The notes beneath the pieces are model-generated. The model saw only the letters and a program-made list of their open reading frames with translations. It searched no databases and had not been told where the DNA came from. From an uncultured Bacteroides sp. (GTDB lineage: Bacteria; Bacteroidota; Bacteroidia; Bacteroidales; Muribaculaceae), in assembly GCA_964564465.1 (NCBI GenBank), contig CAZMAO010000005.1, positions 4,471-68,470 on the forward strand: a stretch of 64,000 nt of DNA, written 5' to 3'. Shown one piece after another: positions 10,915-20,979 of this stretch. Position numbers and translations under genes: made by a program. Position 1 is the stretch's first letter. Every line of letters starts with the position of its first letter.

Positions 10915-12095
10915 ACCCTCTTGCTCCGGGCCAGACGCCGGAACATGTAAACCAACAGCCCGTAGCCTGCAGCAAGAACCCAGAGCATAGTGTAAGGAGT
11001 CCGCTGCTCAAGCAAATCGCTGCCCGCCGAGTTTATATTGATATATCCCTCAACCGCCCATGTAGTCGGCACAATGTCGCCGACCAGCTGCCAGAACGGA
11101 TTCATGGCGAAACGCGGCCAGGTCAAACCGGACAGGAACAGGAATATCATGGTTGTGCCGACAACAACAAGCATCGTCGATTCGCGGTCGCGAACAAACT
11201 GCGCTATAAACATTCCGAAGAAAACCGAAGCAACCACAACCGGCACGGCAAAACCGAAATACTGCCACGGGTCGCCGATATGCGGCAAGCTGAACATAAG
11301 CGGCAGAATATAGAGCATGAAAAACACCAGCGGAAGATAAATAGTGAAATAGCACATCAGCTTTCCGAACATTGTGGCTCCGACAGGAGCATCCACGGCA
11401 AGCGGATCAATGCCACCGTTACGGCGCAGACGCTCGCGATGGCCACCGAACAGCATACAAACCCCTAACACAAGACTCTGCTGGATAACTATCATCAGAA
11501 CGCCCGGCATTATAAACGAACAGAAACCCTGGGTGGGATCACCCAGCATAATGGCATTGCTGTTAACCGGACTCTGATTCATGCCTTGTGCCGGCAAGCC
11601 AATCATATCCACCTTCTGTGTCTGTATTTCCGCCCCCAGATCAAGCTGAATGTCAGCAAGAGCCAACAATATGGTTCGATAGCGCAACAGCAGATTCATT
11701 TCACAGAAAAAAGTCGTAACAGCCTGTTCTCCCGATCCAATCTTTTTCGCATAATCGGCCGGAATCTCAAGAATGCCGTAAACCTTATGCTCGTTCATAA
11801 GCACACGCGCATCCGCCAATGTCGGAGCGTAATCATAAACTTCCATGGCCTGTGTTGCGTCGAACATACGCGCAAGTTCGCGGCTGCGTGCCGTACGGCT
11901 GTGATCAATAACCGCTATAGGAATGTCATTTACAACCTCGGGGTTATAAATCAAAGTATATACGATAGGATATGCTATGGGCAGACCGAAGAAGAACATT
12001 AGTACACCCACATCGGAGAACACAAGCCTGAATTCCCGACGCCAAACCCTGAAGCAACCTGTCCACCAATTTGATATTTTATTGAAAACACTCAT
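10905..12095 (-). CDS. ABC-2 type transporter permease
   Basis: N-terminal TM helix, periplasmic IPIAVIDH domain, five C-terminal TM helices, FLSGLTWP. Confidence 0.85.
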   Translation of the reverse strand: MSVFNKISNWWTGCFRVWRREFRLVFSDVGVLMFFFGLPIAYPIVYTLIYNPEVVNDIPIAVIDHSRTARSRELARMFDATQAMEVYDYAPTLADARVLMNEHKVYGILEIPADYAKKIGSGEQAVTTFFCEMNLLLRYRTILLALADIQLDLGAEIQTQKVDMIGLPAQGMNQSPVNSNAIMLGDPTQGFCSFIMPGVLMIVIQQSLVLGVCMLFGGHRERLRRNGGIDPLAVDAPVGATMFGKLMCYFTIYLPLVFFMLYILPLMFSLPHIGDPWQYFGFAVPVVVASVFFGMFIAQFVRDRESTMLVVVGTTMIFLFLSGLTWPRFAMNPFWQLVGDIVPTTWAVEGYININSAGSDLLEQRTPYTMLWVLAAGYGLLVYMFRRLARSKRVQK

Positions 12096-12096
12096 T

Positions 12097-13257
12097 TTAC
12101 GGCACATAAACAGGGTTCAACATTCTTTTTTTCAACATCCACACCATTCCTATGGCAATAAGCGGGAACAGAAGCAACGCCGCATAGTAGTAACGCGAAT
12201 AATAAATCGCAATTCCGTTAAGCGCCTGGTCTGAGAATATGAGGAAAAAGTAACGGAACGGGAAAAGGTAACTTAAAACACCAAGCGACCCATACATCGC
12301 CGAAACCGGGAACGAAATTGCGGCAAGCGAGAACGTGAGAATGCCTAAAAGAGAACATAACGTAACGCTGAGACGCAGATTCGGCACCGCACAGCATATT
12401 ATCAGCGAAAACGCCTGACATGCGACAACCATAAGCATCATTGCAACAATCATGTGCATGGCATGATTATTGAGCGGGAAATGATTGAACTTGAACAGTA
12501 TCACCTCGATCACGCCACCCACAGCCCACCATATCACCGTCTGCGGCAACAACTTGCCTGCAAGAGCGACATAAATATTGTTTCCCGCCGTCTTCAGCCA
12601 CTGCAACGATGTTCCGTTCTTGATTTCATAGCACACCGAAGCCGCGGTTACCTGAAGGATGAACATAGCCATCAGACAGAAAATGAACGATGCCGCAAGA
12701 TAATAGTTATAGTTCATCCACGGATTACCGATAGGATTTGTCTGAACAACAACCGGCTGCACCATGGCCATACTCATATCCTCCGGAACGCCTACCTTAA
12801 CCATTTTCGTCACGGCCATTCCCCCGACGGTTGTCACGGCTACGGTCTTGAATCCGCGCAAAGCCATTGTTCCGGGAACGTAGTAGGTGAGATTGCTGAA
12901 ATAGCTGAGCGTCGGCTGCTGACCCGACATTGCCTTCTTCTGAAAATCGGAAGGAATTAAAAAGAAACCCATTGTCGCTCCGGTGCGCACGCTCTCCATT
13001 GCTTTATGAAACGATTCCTCTTCAGTCTTGATTTCAATCAGCTGACTTGAATTAAGCATGCGTATGAGCTGGCGGGATATTGCAGAATGGTCCTGATCCA
13101 CAACTGCAACCGGAACCGGAACCGGAAGTCCCGAATCCATAAGGTTGAGGAAGAAGAATGTGGCTGCAAGCGGCACAACAATCATAAGCCCCACATAAAT
13201 CCTGCGGCTCACCAGAGTTCTGCAACCCCTTATCAATGACTCTTTTAACACTCCCAT
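12097..13257 (-). CDS. ABC-2 type transporter permease
   Basis: PVAVVDQDHS, NPWMNYNYY, multiple TM helices; paralog of the adjacent permease. Confidence 0.85.
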   Translation of the reverse strand: MGVLKESLIRGCRTLVSRRIYVGLMIVVPLAATFFFLNLMDSGLPVPVPVAVVDQDHSAISRQLIRMLNSSQLIEIKTEEESFHKAMESVRTGATMGFFLIPSDFQKKAMSGQQPTLSYFSNLTYYVPGTMALRGFKTVAVTTVGGMAVTKMVKVGVPEDMSMAMVQPVVVQTNPIGNPWMNYNYYLAASFIFCLMAMFILQVTAASVCYEIKNGTSLQWLKTAGNNIYVALAGKLLPQTVIWWAVGGVIEVILFKFNHFPLNNHAMHMIVAMMLMVVACQAFSLIICCAVPNLRLSVTLCSLLGILTFSLAAISFPVSAMYGSLGVLSYLFPFRYFFLIFSDQALNGIAIYYSRYYYAALLLFPLIAIGMVWMLKKRMLNPVYVP

Positions 13258-13269
13258 TATTTCAGTTTT

Positions 13270-14274
13270 TTATTTGAAATAAACAACCGTCATGCCGGGA
13301 CGCAAATCCGGAACATTGTCAGCCGGACGGGCTTTCACCTCAAATGTGCGGCTATCCCATTGACCGGTGGCCTTCGTAGCCCTCCATGTGGCATAGCTGC
13401 CCATATCGCGGATGTAATAAACCTCTGCCTCGATCTCTTTTTTATCGAGAGCCGGAATCATTACCTTTACTTTCTTACCGATTTTGAAATCGGACAGCAG
13501 TTCCTCACGCACATTGAATGTTATCCACTTATCCTGAATTTTAAGCAGGTTCATGATAGGTGTTCCCAACGAAACAAGTTCACCGGGTTCAGGATAAATC
13601 TGATCTATCTGACCGTCGCACGGAGCTGTCAGATATTGATCCTCGAGCAGACTCTCAACCTCGCGGACACCTCCCTTGGCCACATTCACCATGGCCTGCG
13701 CAGTCTGTTTGTCCTCTTTCTGCGCACCCGCTACCGCCAGATTATACTGACTGCGTGCTGCTCCCGCTGCGGCAACAGCGGCATCATAGGCCGCCTTGGC
13801 CTCGTCGCGCTTCTGCTCGGAAACAACATTCTCCTTGTAAAGATTATCAAGACGTGTATACGTTTTCCTGGCTATCTCAACGGCAGCTTCTGCCTGTCGC
13901 ACCATGTCGAGCGCACCCTGAACAATCTGACTCCGTGTGCCGGCATCAATCTTCCTGTTCTGTGATTCGGCTGCCTCTTCCGCATTCTGAGCCTGATATA
14001 ACCGGGCTTCTGCAAGCGACGAGTGAATATGAACCAGAGTATCACCGGCCTTTACCATATCCCCTTCCTTGACCATAATTTCCATAACTCGTCCGGGAAG
14101 CTTTCCGGATATCGTAACCGAAGTTGCATCAGCCTGTCCTTCGATAACCTCCTCAGGTTTGTTCAGGAACAGGAATCCCAAAATGGCGAATACTATAAAC
14201 AGAATCACCACCACACCGAGCGCAATCATCAGATTACGGTTCTCTCTCTTTACTGCATCGTTATTTTCGGCCAT
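13270..14274 (-). CDS. HlyD family efflux periplasmic adaptor
   Basis: TM anchor, lipoyl-like VKEGDMVKAGDTL, coiled coil, LTAPCDG, LRPGMTV. Confidence 0.9.
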   Translation of the reverse strand: MAENNDAVKRENRNLMIALGVVVILFIVFAILGFLFLNKPEEVIEGQADATSVTISGKLPGRVMEIMVKEGDMVKAGDTLVHIHSSLAEARLYQAQNAEEAAESQNRKIDAGTRSQIVQGALDMVRQAEAAVEIARKTYTRLDNLYKENVVSEQKRDEAKAAYDAAVAAAGAARSQYNLAVAGAQKEDKQTAQAMVNVAKGGVREVESLLEDQYLTAPCDGQIDQIYPEPGELVSLGTPIMNLLKIQDKWITFNVREELLSDFKIGKKVKVMIPALDKKEIEAEVYYIRDMGSYATWRATKATGQWDSRTFEVKARPADNVPDLRPGMTVVYFK

Positions 14275-14314
14275 AGTGTTATATTTTTATATTTTCGATT
14301 TATTGTTATTTAAA

Positions 14315-15775
14315 TTAATAGTCGGTGGGATAAGGAAGCGTGCCAAGCACTTTCGACAGATATACCTCGCACAGATGAACATCGATTAGCGCATCTATTT
14401 TTTCGGAATTTGCCTTCAGCCACGCCGTCTGCGCCTCCATTACATTATCAGTTGTCATAACGCCCTCGCGGAATCCGAGATTCGCCTGTCGCAGATTCTC
14501 GTTGGCCTTGGCTATATTAGCCACGGTGGTGTTATATGTCTTCACCGCCTCCTGTGCCTTGAATGCGCTCTGACGGACTTGAAGGTCGATCAGTTCACGC
14601 GAATTTTCAACCTCCATCCGCGCCATGCGGGTCTCACTTCGGGCTGCCTGGAGTTTCGCATAGTTGCCTCCCCAGTGCCACAAAGGCACCGTGAGCATGG
14701 CACCAACCGAAAACGCACCGCTAAAACGCTTTCTGAAGCCATCGAACATGTTTGGATTCGAAAACGAATAGCTGCCCACCAGCGCAAGTTTTGGAAGCAT
14801 GTCGCTCATAACCACTTTTTCACGCTGCTTAAGCATCTGAACACCGCTTTCCAGAGCCTGAAGGTCCTGACGGCGCGAATATATATCATTCATATTGTAA
14901 TCGGTAGCAATCTGCTGGCTGTAGCCGGCGAAATCCTTCTCCTCGTCAGCAACCTGCATATCGCTGTCAACAGGCAGACCGCACACCTGGGCAAGAGCCA
15001 TGCGGCTCAACACAAGGCCATTCTCAACCTTTGTCAGATCAACGTTTGCAGCATTAAGCTTAACTTCAACAGTAAGCAGATCCGATTTTGTAGCCACTCC
15101 GTTCTTCACCATAAGGTCGACATTATGAGCCAGCGTGTCGAGAAGATTCACGTAACTGGCCGCCAGCTTATACTTGGCCTTAAGCGACACAACCTGCCAG
15201 TAAGCGGCGTCAACGGCATAAATCAGATCCTGCGAACCGGCATTGTGCAGCGAACGCGCCATATCCTCGGCATAGCGTGTAAGCTTGTTCATGGCAACAA
15301 TCTTGCCACCCATATATATAGGCTGCGTCAAAGTCACCGCTCCGAAAAACACATTATGAATGTCATATTCCATTGCGCTCTTCGGAATCAGAGCCACTGT
15401 TTCAGGAATATACTGTCCGTCTGGACCCTTTATCGGCTCACCGGTCTGCGGATTGGTTACAAGATTGAACTCATAGCTTCCGGTTTTCGGATCGAAAGTC
15501 TTGGTCGGCAGCATCTGATCGCTACTGAATATGCTTATTTTCTTCTGATTATAGGCATAGCCTCCTGCGAAATCCAGCGCCGGAAGATAAGCTGCGAAAG
15601 CCTCATCTTTCTGATATTTGGCCACGCGCACAGCTTCAGCCTTGATTCGAAGCTGCTTATTGTTTTTCAAAGCCAGCGCACGGCATGAGTCAAGTGAATA
15701 AACGTCGGCCATCAGGACAGTCTGTCCCGCTAAAACAAATCCGACAAAAGTTAAAAATGCGGTTATACGTCGCAT
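14315..15775 (-). CDS. TolC family outer-membrane efflux protein
   Basis: Signal peptide from MRRITAF; SLDSCRALALKNN, TQPIYMGG, two OEP repeats. Confidence 0.9.
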   Translation of the reverse strand: MRRITAFLTFVGFVLAGQTVLMADVYSLDSCRALALKNNKQLRIKAEAVRVAKYQKDEAFAAYLPALDFAGGYAYNQKKISIFSSDQMLPTKTFDPKTGSYEFNLVTNPQTGEPIKGPDGQYIPETVALIPKSAMEYDIHNVFFGAVTLTQPIYMGGKIVAMNKLTRYAEDMARSLHNAGSQDLIYAVDAAYWQVVSLKAKYKLAASYVNLLDTLAHNVDLMVKNGVATKSDLLTVEVKLNAANVDLTKVENGLVLSRMALAQVCGLPVDSDMQVADEEKDFAGYSQQIATDYNMNDIYSRRQDLQALESGVQMLKQREKVVMSDMLPKLALVGSYSFSNPNMFDGFRKRFSGAFSVGAMLTVPLWHWGGNYAKLQAARSETRMARMEVENSRELIDLQVRQSAFKAQEAVKTYNTTVANIAKANENLRQANLGFREGVMTTDNVMEAQTAWLKANSEKIDALIDVHLCEVYLSKVLGTLPYPTDY

Positions 15776-15848
15776 GGTTATGAAATGAATGTTTGATTTT
15801 TTGAAACGGATGTATAGAACTATAACCATGCTGACGGTTAAAAGGTTT

Positions 15849-16697
15849 TCATTCAACCACACCAATTTTAGCAGCCTTATCGCCGAAAATGCTGCGGCGG
15901 ATGGCAGCCAACGCATTATCAGCTTTTTGCGCACTGACCACAACAATCATGGCGCCTCCTGTTTCAAGCTCCAACGGCGACACGCCCATAACATTAGCTT
16001 CTGCAACCACATCTTCTGCAACCGGAACCGCATCACGGTCAACATCAATTCTAACACCTCCGTCAACCTCAATCTGCTTTATAGCCGCATTGAAGCCGGA
16101 AAATGGATAAATCATGCATCTTATTGCATCAGGAACACTATCCTGAAGAGCATGAACAATATCATCGAGCGTGGCGCTGTCACTGACCACTCCCTCTGTG
16201 CTTTTAATTCCGCTACGGGCCTGTGCAAGAGCTGCGCCATGAGCGCCCACGGCTCCGGTCAGAATCACCACATCGCCTGATTCTATCCGATTCACACCCC
16301 AGTCCGTATCAGGACGTTGCTCGCCTAGACCGGTAATCGCAATCTGCACACACGAAGGCATCTCCGAGCCGACCGCAACTGCATCGACTGCGGCAATCTC
16401 GCTTTCAGCCTCTACCGAAGCTTTTTCCGTTGAAGCGGCGAGTTCTGCAACAACATCATCGCTAATCGACGTATTGACAGTGAAACACATTGTCGCATAA
16501 CGGGGTGTCGCACCCTGCGCAAGCAATGAATTCGCTATATAATTAACTGCCACCGCTCCGGCTGTAGTGCCTCCTACAAGCACCGGAGTTGTGGTAAACT
16601 TATGAGTAAGTAAGGCAAGTTGGTTATCAAGAGGACCTATAAGCCCGGGAACATCGGCTTTCAAAGCCAGATTCTTCAAAGGTAAAAGATTAGTCAT
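15849..16697 (-). CDS. Degenerate HypE / AIR-synthase-related (PurM-like fold) protein
   Basis: GATPRY, IESGDVVILTGAVGAHG, VVSDSATL, VPVAEDV, AAKIGVVE resemble HypE; lacks the C-terminal PRIC motif. Confidence 0.6.
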   Translation of the reverse strand: MTNLLPLKNLALKADVPGLIGPLDNQLALLTHKFTTTPVLVGGTTAGAVAVNYIANSLLAQGATPRYATMCFTVNTSISDDVVAELAASTEKASVEAESEIAAVDAVAVGSEMPSCVQIAITGLGEQRPDTDWGVNRIESGDVVILTGAVGAHGAALAQARSGIKSTEGVVSDSATLDDIVHALQDSVPDAIRCMIYPFSGFNAAIKQIEVDGGVRIDVDRDAVPVAEDVVAEANVMGVSPLELETGGAMIVVVSAQKADNALAAIRRSIFGDKAAKIGVVE

Positions 16698-16755
16698 AGC
16701 ATTCTGTTTTTTATTTAGAACGCCATCACCAACGGCTTAGTTCATGCTCCGGCCA

Positions 16756-17439
16756 TCACATGTTCCCGTCGAGCAAATCGGGACGAAGGCGCCGGGTCCG
16801 CTCCAATGCCTGTTCATGCTTCCATTGGTCGATTTTTGCCTGATGTCCGGACAGGAGTATTTCCGGCACACGCCATCCCTTATATTCAGCCGGACGGCTA
16901 TAAACCGGAGGAGCCAGCAAATTGTCCTGAAACGAATCGCTGAGCGCGCTCTGTTCGTCACCTATCGCCCCCGGAATTAAACGCACCATAGCATCTGCAA
17001 TTACAATGGCCGGCACTTCACCACCCGTAAGCACATAGTCACCAATTGAAATTTCCATGGTAATCAGATGCTCACGTATCCTGTAATCTATTCCTTTATA
17101 GTGCCCGCACAAAATAATGACATTCTCAAGCATCGAGAGCCGATTGGCCATTGGCTGGTTGAATGTTTCTCCGTCAGGCGATGTAAATATCACCTCATCA
17201 TAATCACGTTCCGCCTTTAATGCACTGATAGCACGGTCAATAGGCTCAATCTGCATAACCATGCCGGCCTCTCCGCCAAAAGGATAATCGTCGACCTTTC
17301 TATGTTTATTTGTAGTGTAGTCACGAAGGTTATGAACCACTATTTCAGCAAGACCCTTATCCTGCGCACGTTTAAGAATTGAACAGTTAAGCGGTCCGTC
17401 GAACATCTCGGGAAGTACGGTCAATATATCGATTCTCAT
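16756..17439 (-). CDS. trmD: tRNA (guanine-N1)-methyltransferase
   Basis: [48 protein letters not shown]. Confidence 0.97.
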   Translation of the reverse strand: MRIDILTVLPEMFDGPLNCSILKRAQDKGLAEIVVHNLRDYTTNKHRKVDDYPFGGEAGMVMQIEPIDRAISALKAERDYDEVIFTSPDGETFNQPMANRLSMLENVIILCGHYKGIDYRIREHLITMEISIGDYVLTGGEVPAIVIADAMVRLIPGAIGDEQSALSDSFQDNLLAPPVYSRPAEYKGWRVPEILLSGHQAKIDQWKHEQALERTRRLRPDLLDGNM

Positions 17440-18347
17440 TATTTCTGATAATTTTCAAGTGATGCTTTTAACGATTCAACAATCATGGCCTTAAGTTCGG
17501 GTGGTCCAAGCACGGTTATACTCGGGCCGTAGCCTAAAAGTTCCTGGACAAAATCAGGCGTAAGCTTAAGGTTATAGGTAAATATCGATGCTCCATTGTC
17601 AATCATTTCACTCTGAGAGTGATGCAGCGGCAACGCTCTGAAATATTTTGCCTGACGCGCTTCAACCCTCAGCGTAACTTTCTTTGGCTGGCTCTGATTG
17701 AACACAATTCCGAACGAATTTCTGAAATAATCGCGGGCATCAAAATCCCACGGCATCTGAAAGGTTTCGGAAAGTACACTGACATTGCTCATACGTTCAA
17801 GAGCGTAGGTCTTTATTTTCCCTTCCTTAACCGTTCGGCCGGTCACATACCAGCGCTGCTTGAATATTTTCAGAAAATAAGGTTCAAGCACAACACGTTT
17901 CGGATCGCCCGAGCGGGTAAAAGGAAGATAGCCGAATTCCAGACGCTGATTCTGTTTCAAAGCTGAAATAATCTGACCGAGGAACTGACGGGCCGAAGGA
18001 ACCTCCTCCACAAAAATACGGTCGGATATATCATGGGCATCGCTCAGCAGATTGCTTAGGGAAGCGGTGTTAAGCATCCAGTCGGTTATCTCGCTTTTCC
18101 CCGGATCGTTCTCCGCATCATCGCCCTCGATATAATATTCGAAAGTCGATGAATTACACTGTATATCGATATGAAACAATTCCTCGATCGCATTCCTGTA
18201 GTTATAGAACGTACGTCTCGGAATCGGGTTTCCGTCACCGACATCACTCGCCATCCACAAACGGTTCAGTTCCGTACGGGTTATGGCTCTGTGCCGCCGA
18301 ATCGTATCGATAATCCATATATATTTGTTAAACAGATTCTTCGACAT
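17439..18347 (-). CDS. WYL domain transcriptional regulator (HTH-WYL-WCX)
   Basis: N-terminal HTH ([15 protein letters not shown]), EPYFLK..KQRWYV, YALERM, LPLHHSQ. Confidence 0.9.
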   Translation of the reverse strand: MSKNLFNKYIWIIDTIRRHRAITRTELNRLWMASDVGDGNPIPRRTFYNYRNAIEELFHIDIQCNSSTFEYYIEGDDAENDPGKSEITDWMLNTASLSNLLSDAHDISDRIFVEEVPSARQFLGQIISALKQNQRLEFGYLPFTRSGDPKRVVLEPYFLKIFKQRWYVTGRTVKEGKIKTYALERMSNVSVLSETFQMPWDFDARDYFRNSFGIVFNQSQPKKVTLRVEARQAKYFRALPLHHSQSEMIDNGASIFTYNLKLTPDFVQELLGYGPSITVLGPPELKAMIVESLKASLENYQK

Positions 18348-19806
18348 AAGTTTCCGATTTTTGTTGTTTAGAGGCAATAAATGTTAGCAACACCGTGTAA
18401 CCGGCATTCATCAGAAGCAGTTCGAAACCGGTGCTGTAACCGAAAAGCCTGTGCAGACTCCACTGGGTTATCCATGAAAGCATCGGAGCGGCCACACATA
18501 CCACCGGAATGGCACGCGGCCTTACGCTGCGCCGGCAAAGCAGCCCGTAGGCAAATAGCCCCAGAATAGGCCCGTAGGTGTAGGAGGCGAGGGTATATAC
18601 AGCACTTATTGCATCGGCATTGCTCGCATAATAAAATCCCGCGATTATAATTCCCATCAGAATCGACATGGCCACATGCACCCTGCGGCGCACAACATCA
18701 AGACGCTCATCATTCATTCTGGAAGGCCCGTCAAGTATATCGACCGTAAAGGAGGTGGTTAACGATGTAAGTGCCGAGCCTGCGGCACTATAAGCAGCCG
18801 AAATCAATCCGAGCACAAACAGCACTCCGACAATTGCCGGCATGGCATTCCGGGTGGCTACAACACTGAAAAGCTCGTCGCTTTTTTCAGGAAGCGCAAT
18901 GCCGGTGCGCTCACAGTAAAGCAGCAGCCCGGTGCCGAGAATCAAAAAAAGTCCCACTACAAAGAATTGCATGACACCGCTCATAATCAGATTTTTTCTT
19001 GCCGAACGTGAATCGCGGCAAGCCATGTTGCGCTGCATCATGTCCTGATCAAGCCCGTTGGTGGCTATTGCCATGAACACTCCGGCAACAAACTGTTTCC
19101 AGAAATAAAGGTCTGACATAGGATCGCCGAGATGTATGAAATGAGCGGACGGATGTTCCTTGACAGCCGATATCATCTCCCCGACACCGAATCCTAATTC
19201 ACGTGCAATAAACCATATGCACAGCAGAACACTTGCAATCAAACAGAAACTCTTCAGGCAATCAGTCCATATTACCGATTTAACACCTCCACGATATGTA
19301 TATAGCCATATAAGCGCAATCGTCAGCCCTACGTTTATCACGAACGGAATGCCGAGCGGCTCAAAAACAAGCGCCTGAAGCACTGCACACACCACCAGGA
19401 AACGGACACTCGCCCCAAGCATTTTCGACACGAAAAACATCCATGCTCCCGCTCTATAAGCCTGCCGTCCGAACCGTTCGTCAAGATAACCGTAAATGGA
19501 AACCAGATTCTTTTTATAGAACACCGGCACAAGCACAAGCGCTATGACGGCATAACCTACAATAAAACCCAACACCATCTGCAGATAAGCATAGCCTTTC
19601 GTTGCCACCATACCCGGAACACTGATGAACGTAACTCCGGAAATAGCGGCGCCTACGGTTGCAAAAGCAACCACAGGCCACGGCGCACGCCGTCCGCCGG
19701 TGAAGAACGTGGCATTGCCACCCCCCTTTCTCGAGGCCAGCCACCCCACCAAAAGCAGCATGGCAAAATAGCTGCATACGGTTATTATAACTGCTGTCGG
19801 CTGCAC
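18328..19806 (-). CDS. Sodium:solute symporter family protein
   Basis: FFTGGR, ISGVTFISVPG, GGVKSVIWTD, GLDQDMMQR; many TM helices; GTG start. Confidence 0.9.
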   Translation of the reverse strand: MQPTAVIITVCSYFAMLLLVGWLASRKGGGNATFFTGGRRAPWPVVAFATVGAAISGVTFISVPGMVATKGYAYLQMVLGFIVGYAVIALVLVPVFYKKNLVSIYGYLDERFGRQAYRAGAWMFFVSKMLGASVRFLVVCAVLQALVFEPLGIPFVINVGLTIALIWLYTYRGGVKSVIWTDCLKSFCLIASVLLCIWFIARELGFGVGEMISAVKEHPSAHFIHLGDPMSDLYFWKQFVAGVFMAIATNGLDQDMMQRNMACRDSRSARKNLIMSGVMQFFVVGLFLILGTGLLLYCERTGIALPEKSDELFSVVATRNAMPAIVGVLFVLGLISAAYSAAGSALTSLTTSFTVDILDGPSRMNDERLDVVRRRVHVAMSILMGIIIAGFYYASNADAISAVYTLASYTYGPILGLFAYGLLCRRSVRPRAIPVVCVAAPMLSWITQWSLHRLFGYSTGFELLLMNAGYTVLLTFIASKQQKSETYVEESV

Positions 19807-19809
19807 AAT

Positions 19810-20979
19810 TTACTTCTCCTTAGGATAAATCAGATATCTGTCACGTAGTTTTCCATATTCCTCAAGTTCATCACGCCATGTGGCACGTATCTGTCCGGCG
19901 CTCATACCTTGCTCAATCTGCCTGCGCGTCTTGCGGTTCCCTATAAGTTTCTCAAAAAAAGGCGTAAGAAAATCAGCACGCGACCCCATCGCCTTATACG
20001 CATCGATTACATATTCAAGATTAACACCCATGGCAATGGCGCTGTCGGCACTGACACTCCGCAAATCCCTGCCATAGCATTTGCGTCCCGACAACGGTGG
20101 TTTCACCGCTCCCGGTCGGCTGGCTGGAGTAAACATAAAATCATACCCTTTCTTCCCGGCAAGCGACGGATGCCCGTAAACACAGAACGGAAAATCCGTT
20201 CCCCGGCCGAGACTCATGGGCGTAGCCTCAAAATAACAGGTCGAAGGATAAAGGTAAACCGAAAGCATATCCGGCAAATTAGGCGAAGGAGCAACCGGCA
20301 GCTCATAGCGCAAACCATGATGATAGCCTTCACACGGAACCACGCTCAGCTTCAGTTTCTTGCCTCGGGCGGTCCAGCCTTCGCCCAATGCCATTTGCGC
20401 AAGTTCACCGAGAGTAAGCCCATGCGCCACCGGAACAGGCAGACGTCCCACCCCACTCTTCAGGGTCATGTCAAGCACCGGACCGTCAACCGTCATGCCG
20501 TTAGGATTGGGTCGGTCGAAAATCATGAAATCCTTGCCGGCATCGGCAGCGGCCTCCATAACATCGAGCATCGTAATGTAATAGGTATAAAACCTCAGCC
20601 CTACATCCTGAATATCTGTCACCACAACATCTATTTCATCCATATGTGCAGCCGTAGGCTTACGCCGCGCACCGAACAGCGACACAATCGGAACGCCGGT
20701 CTTTTCATCGCGTCCGCTCGCCACGTGCTCCCCTGCATCGGCAGTGCCGCGAAACCCATGTTCGGGAGCAAACACCATGCGCACATCCACCCCCTGCCTT
20801 AAAAGCCGGTCGAGTGTATGCTCACCATCAACCATACCCGTGTGGTTTGAAAGCAGCCCCACTCGCTTACCCTCAAGCAGCGGCAGATAAACATCCTCGC
20901 GGGCGGCGCCGACCTTCACCTGAGCCTGTCCTCCCACAACCCACAACAGCAGCAATAACAACAGAATCCTATTCATCAT
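19810..20979 (-). CDS. namZ: Exo-beta-N-acetylmuramidase NamZ family (DUF1343)
   Basis: Signal peptide; FAPEHGFRG, DIQDVGLRFYTY, DRPNPNG, HGLTLGELA, PSPNLP, GRGTDFPF. Confidence 0.85.
   Translation of the reverse strand: MMNRILLLLLLLWVVGGQAQVKVGAAREDVYLPLLEGKRVGLLSNHTGMVDGEHTLDRLLRQGVDVRMVFAPEHGFRGTADAGEHVASGRDEKTGVPIVSLFGARRKPTAAHMDEIDVVVTDIQDVGLRFYTYYITMLDVMEAAADAGKDFMIFDRPNPNGMTVDGPVLDMTLKSGVGRLPVPVAHGLTLGELAQMALGEGWTARGKKLKLSVVPCEGYHHGLRYELPVAPSPNLPDMLSVYLYPSTCYFEATPMSLGRGTDFPFCVYGHPSLAGKKGYDFMFTPASRPGAVKPPLSGRKCYGRDLRSVSADSAIAMGVNLEYVIDAYKAMGSRADFLTPFFEKLIGNRKTRRQIEQGMSAGQIRATWRDELEEYGKLRDRYLIYPKEK

Noticed and set aside
14579-15688. 369-aa plus-strand ORF
   Set aside because: Entirely antisense to the TolC gene with no recognisable motifs; shadow ORF.
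17439-18347. WYL protein as a dedicated regulator of the R-M system (BrxR/CapW-like)
   Set aside because: It is separated from the cassette by two metabolic genes, has host-like composition and is coupled to trmD; the sequence gives no evidence of a defence link.
19909-20802. 297-aa plus-strand ORF
   Set aside because: Antisense to namZ; no motifs.
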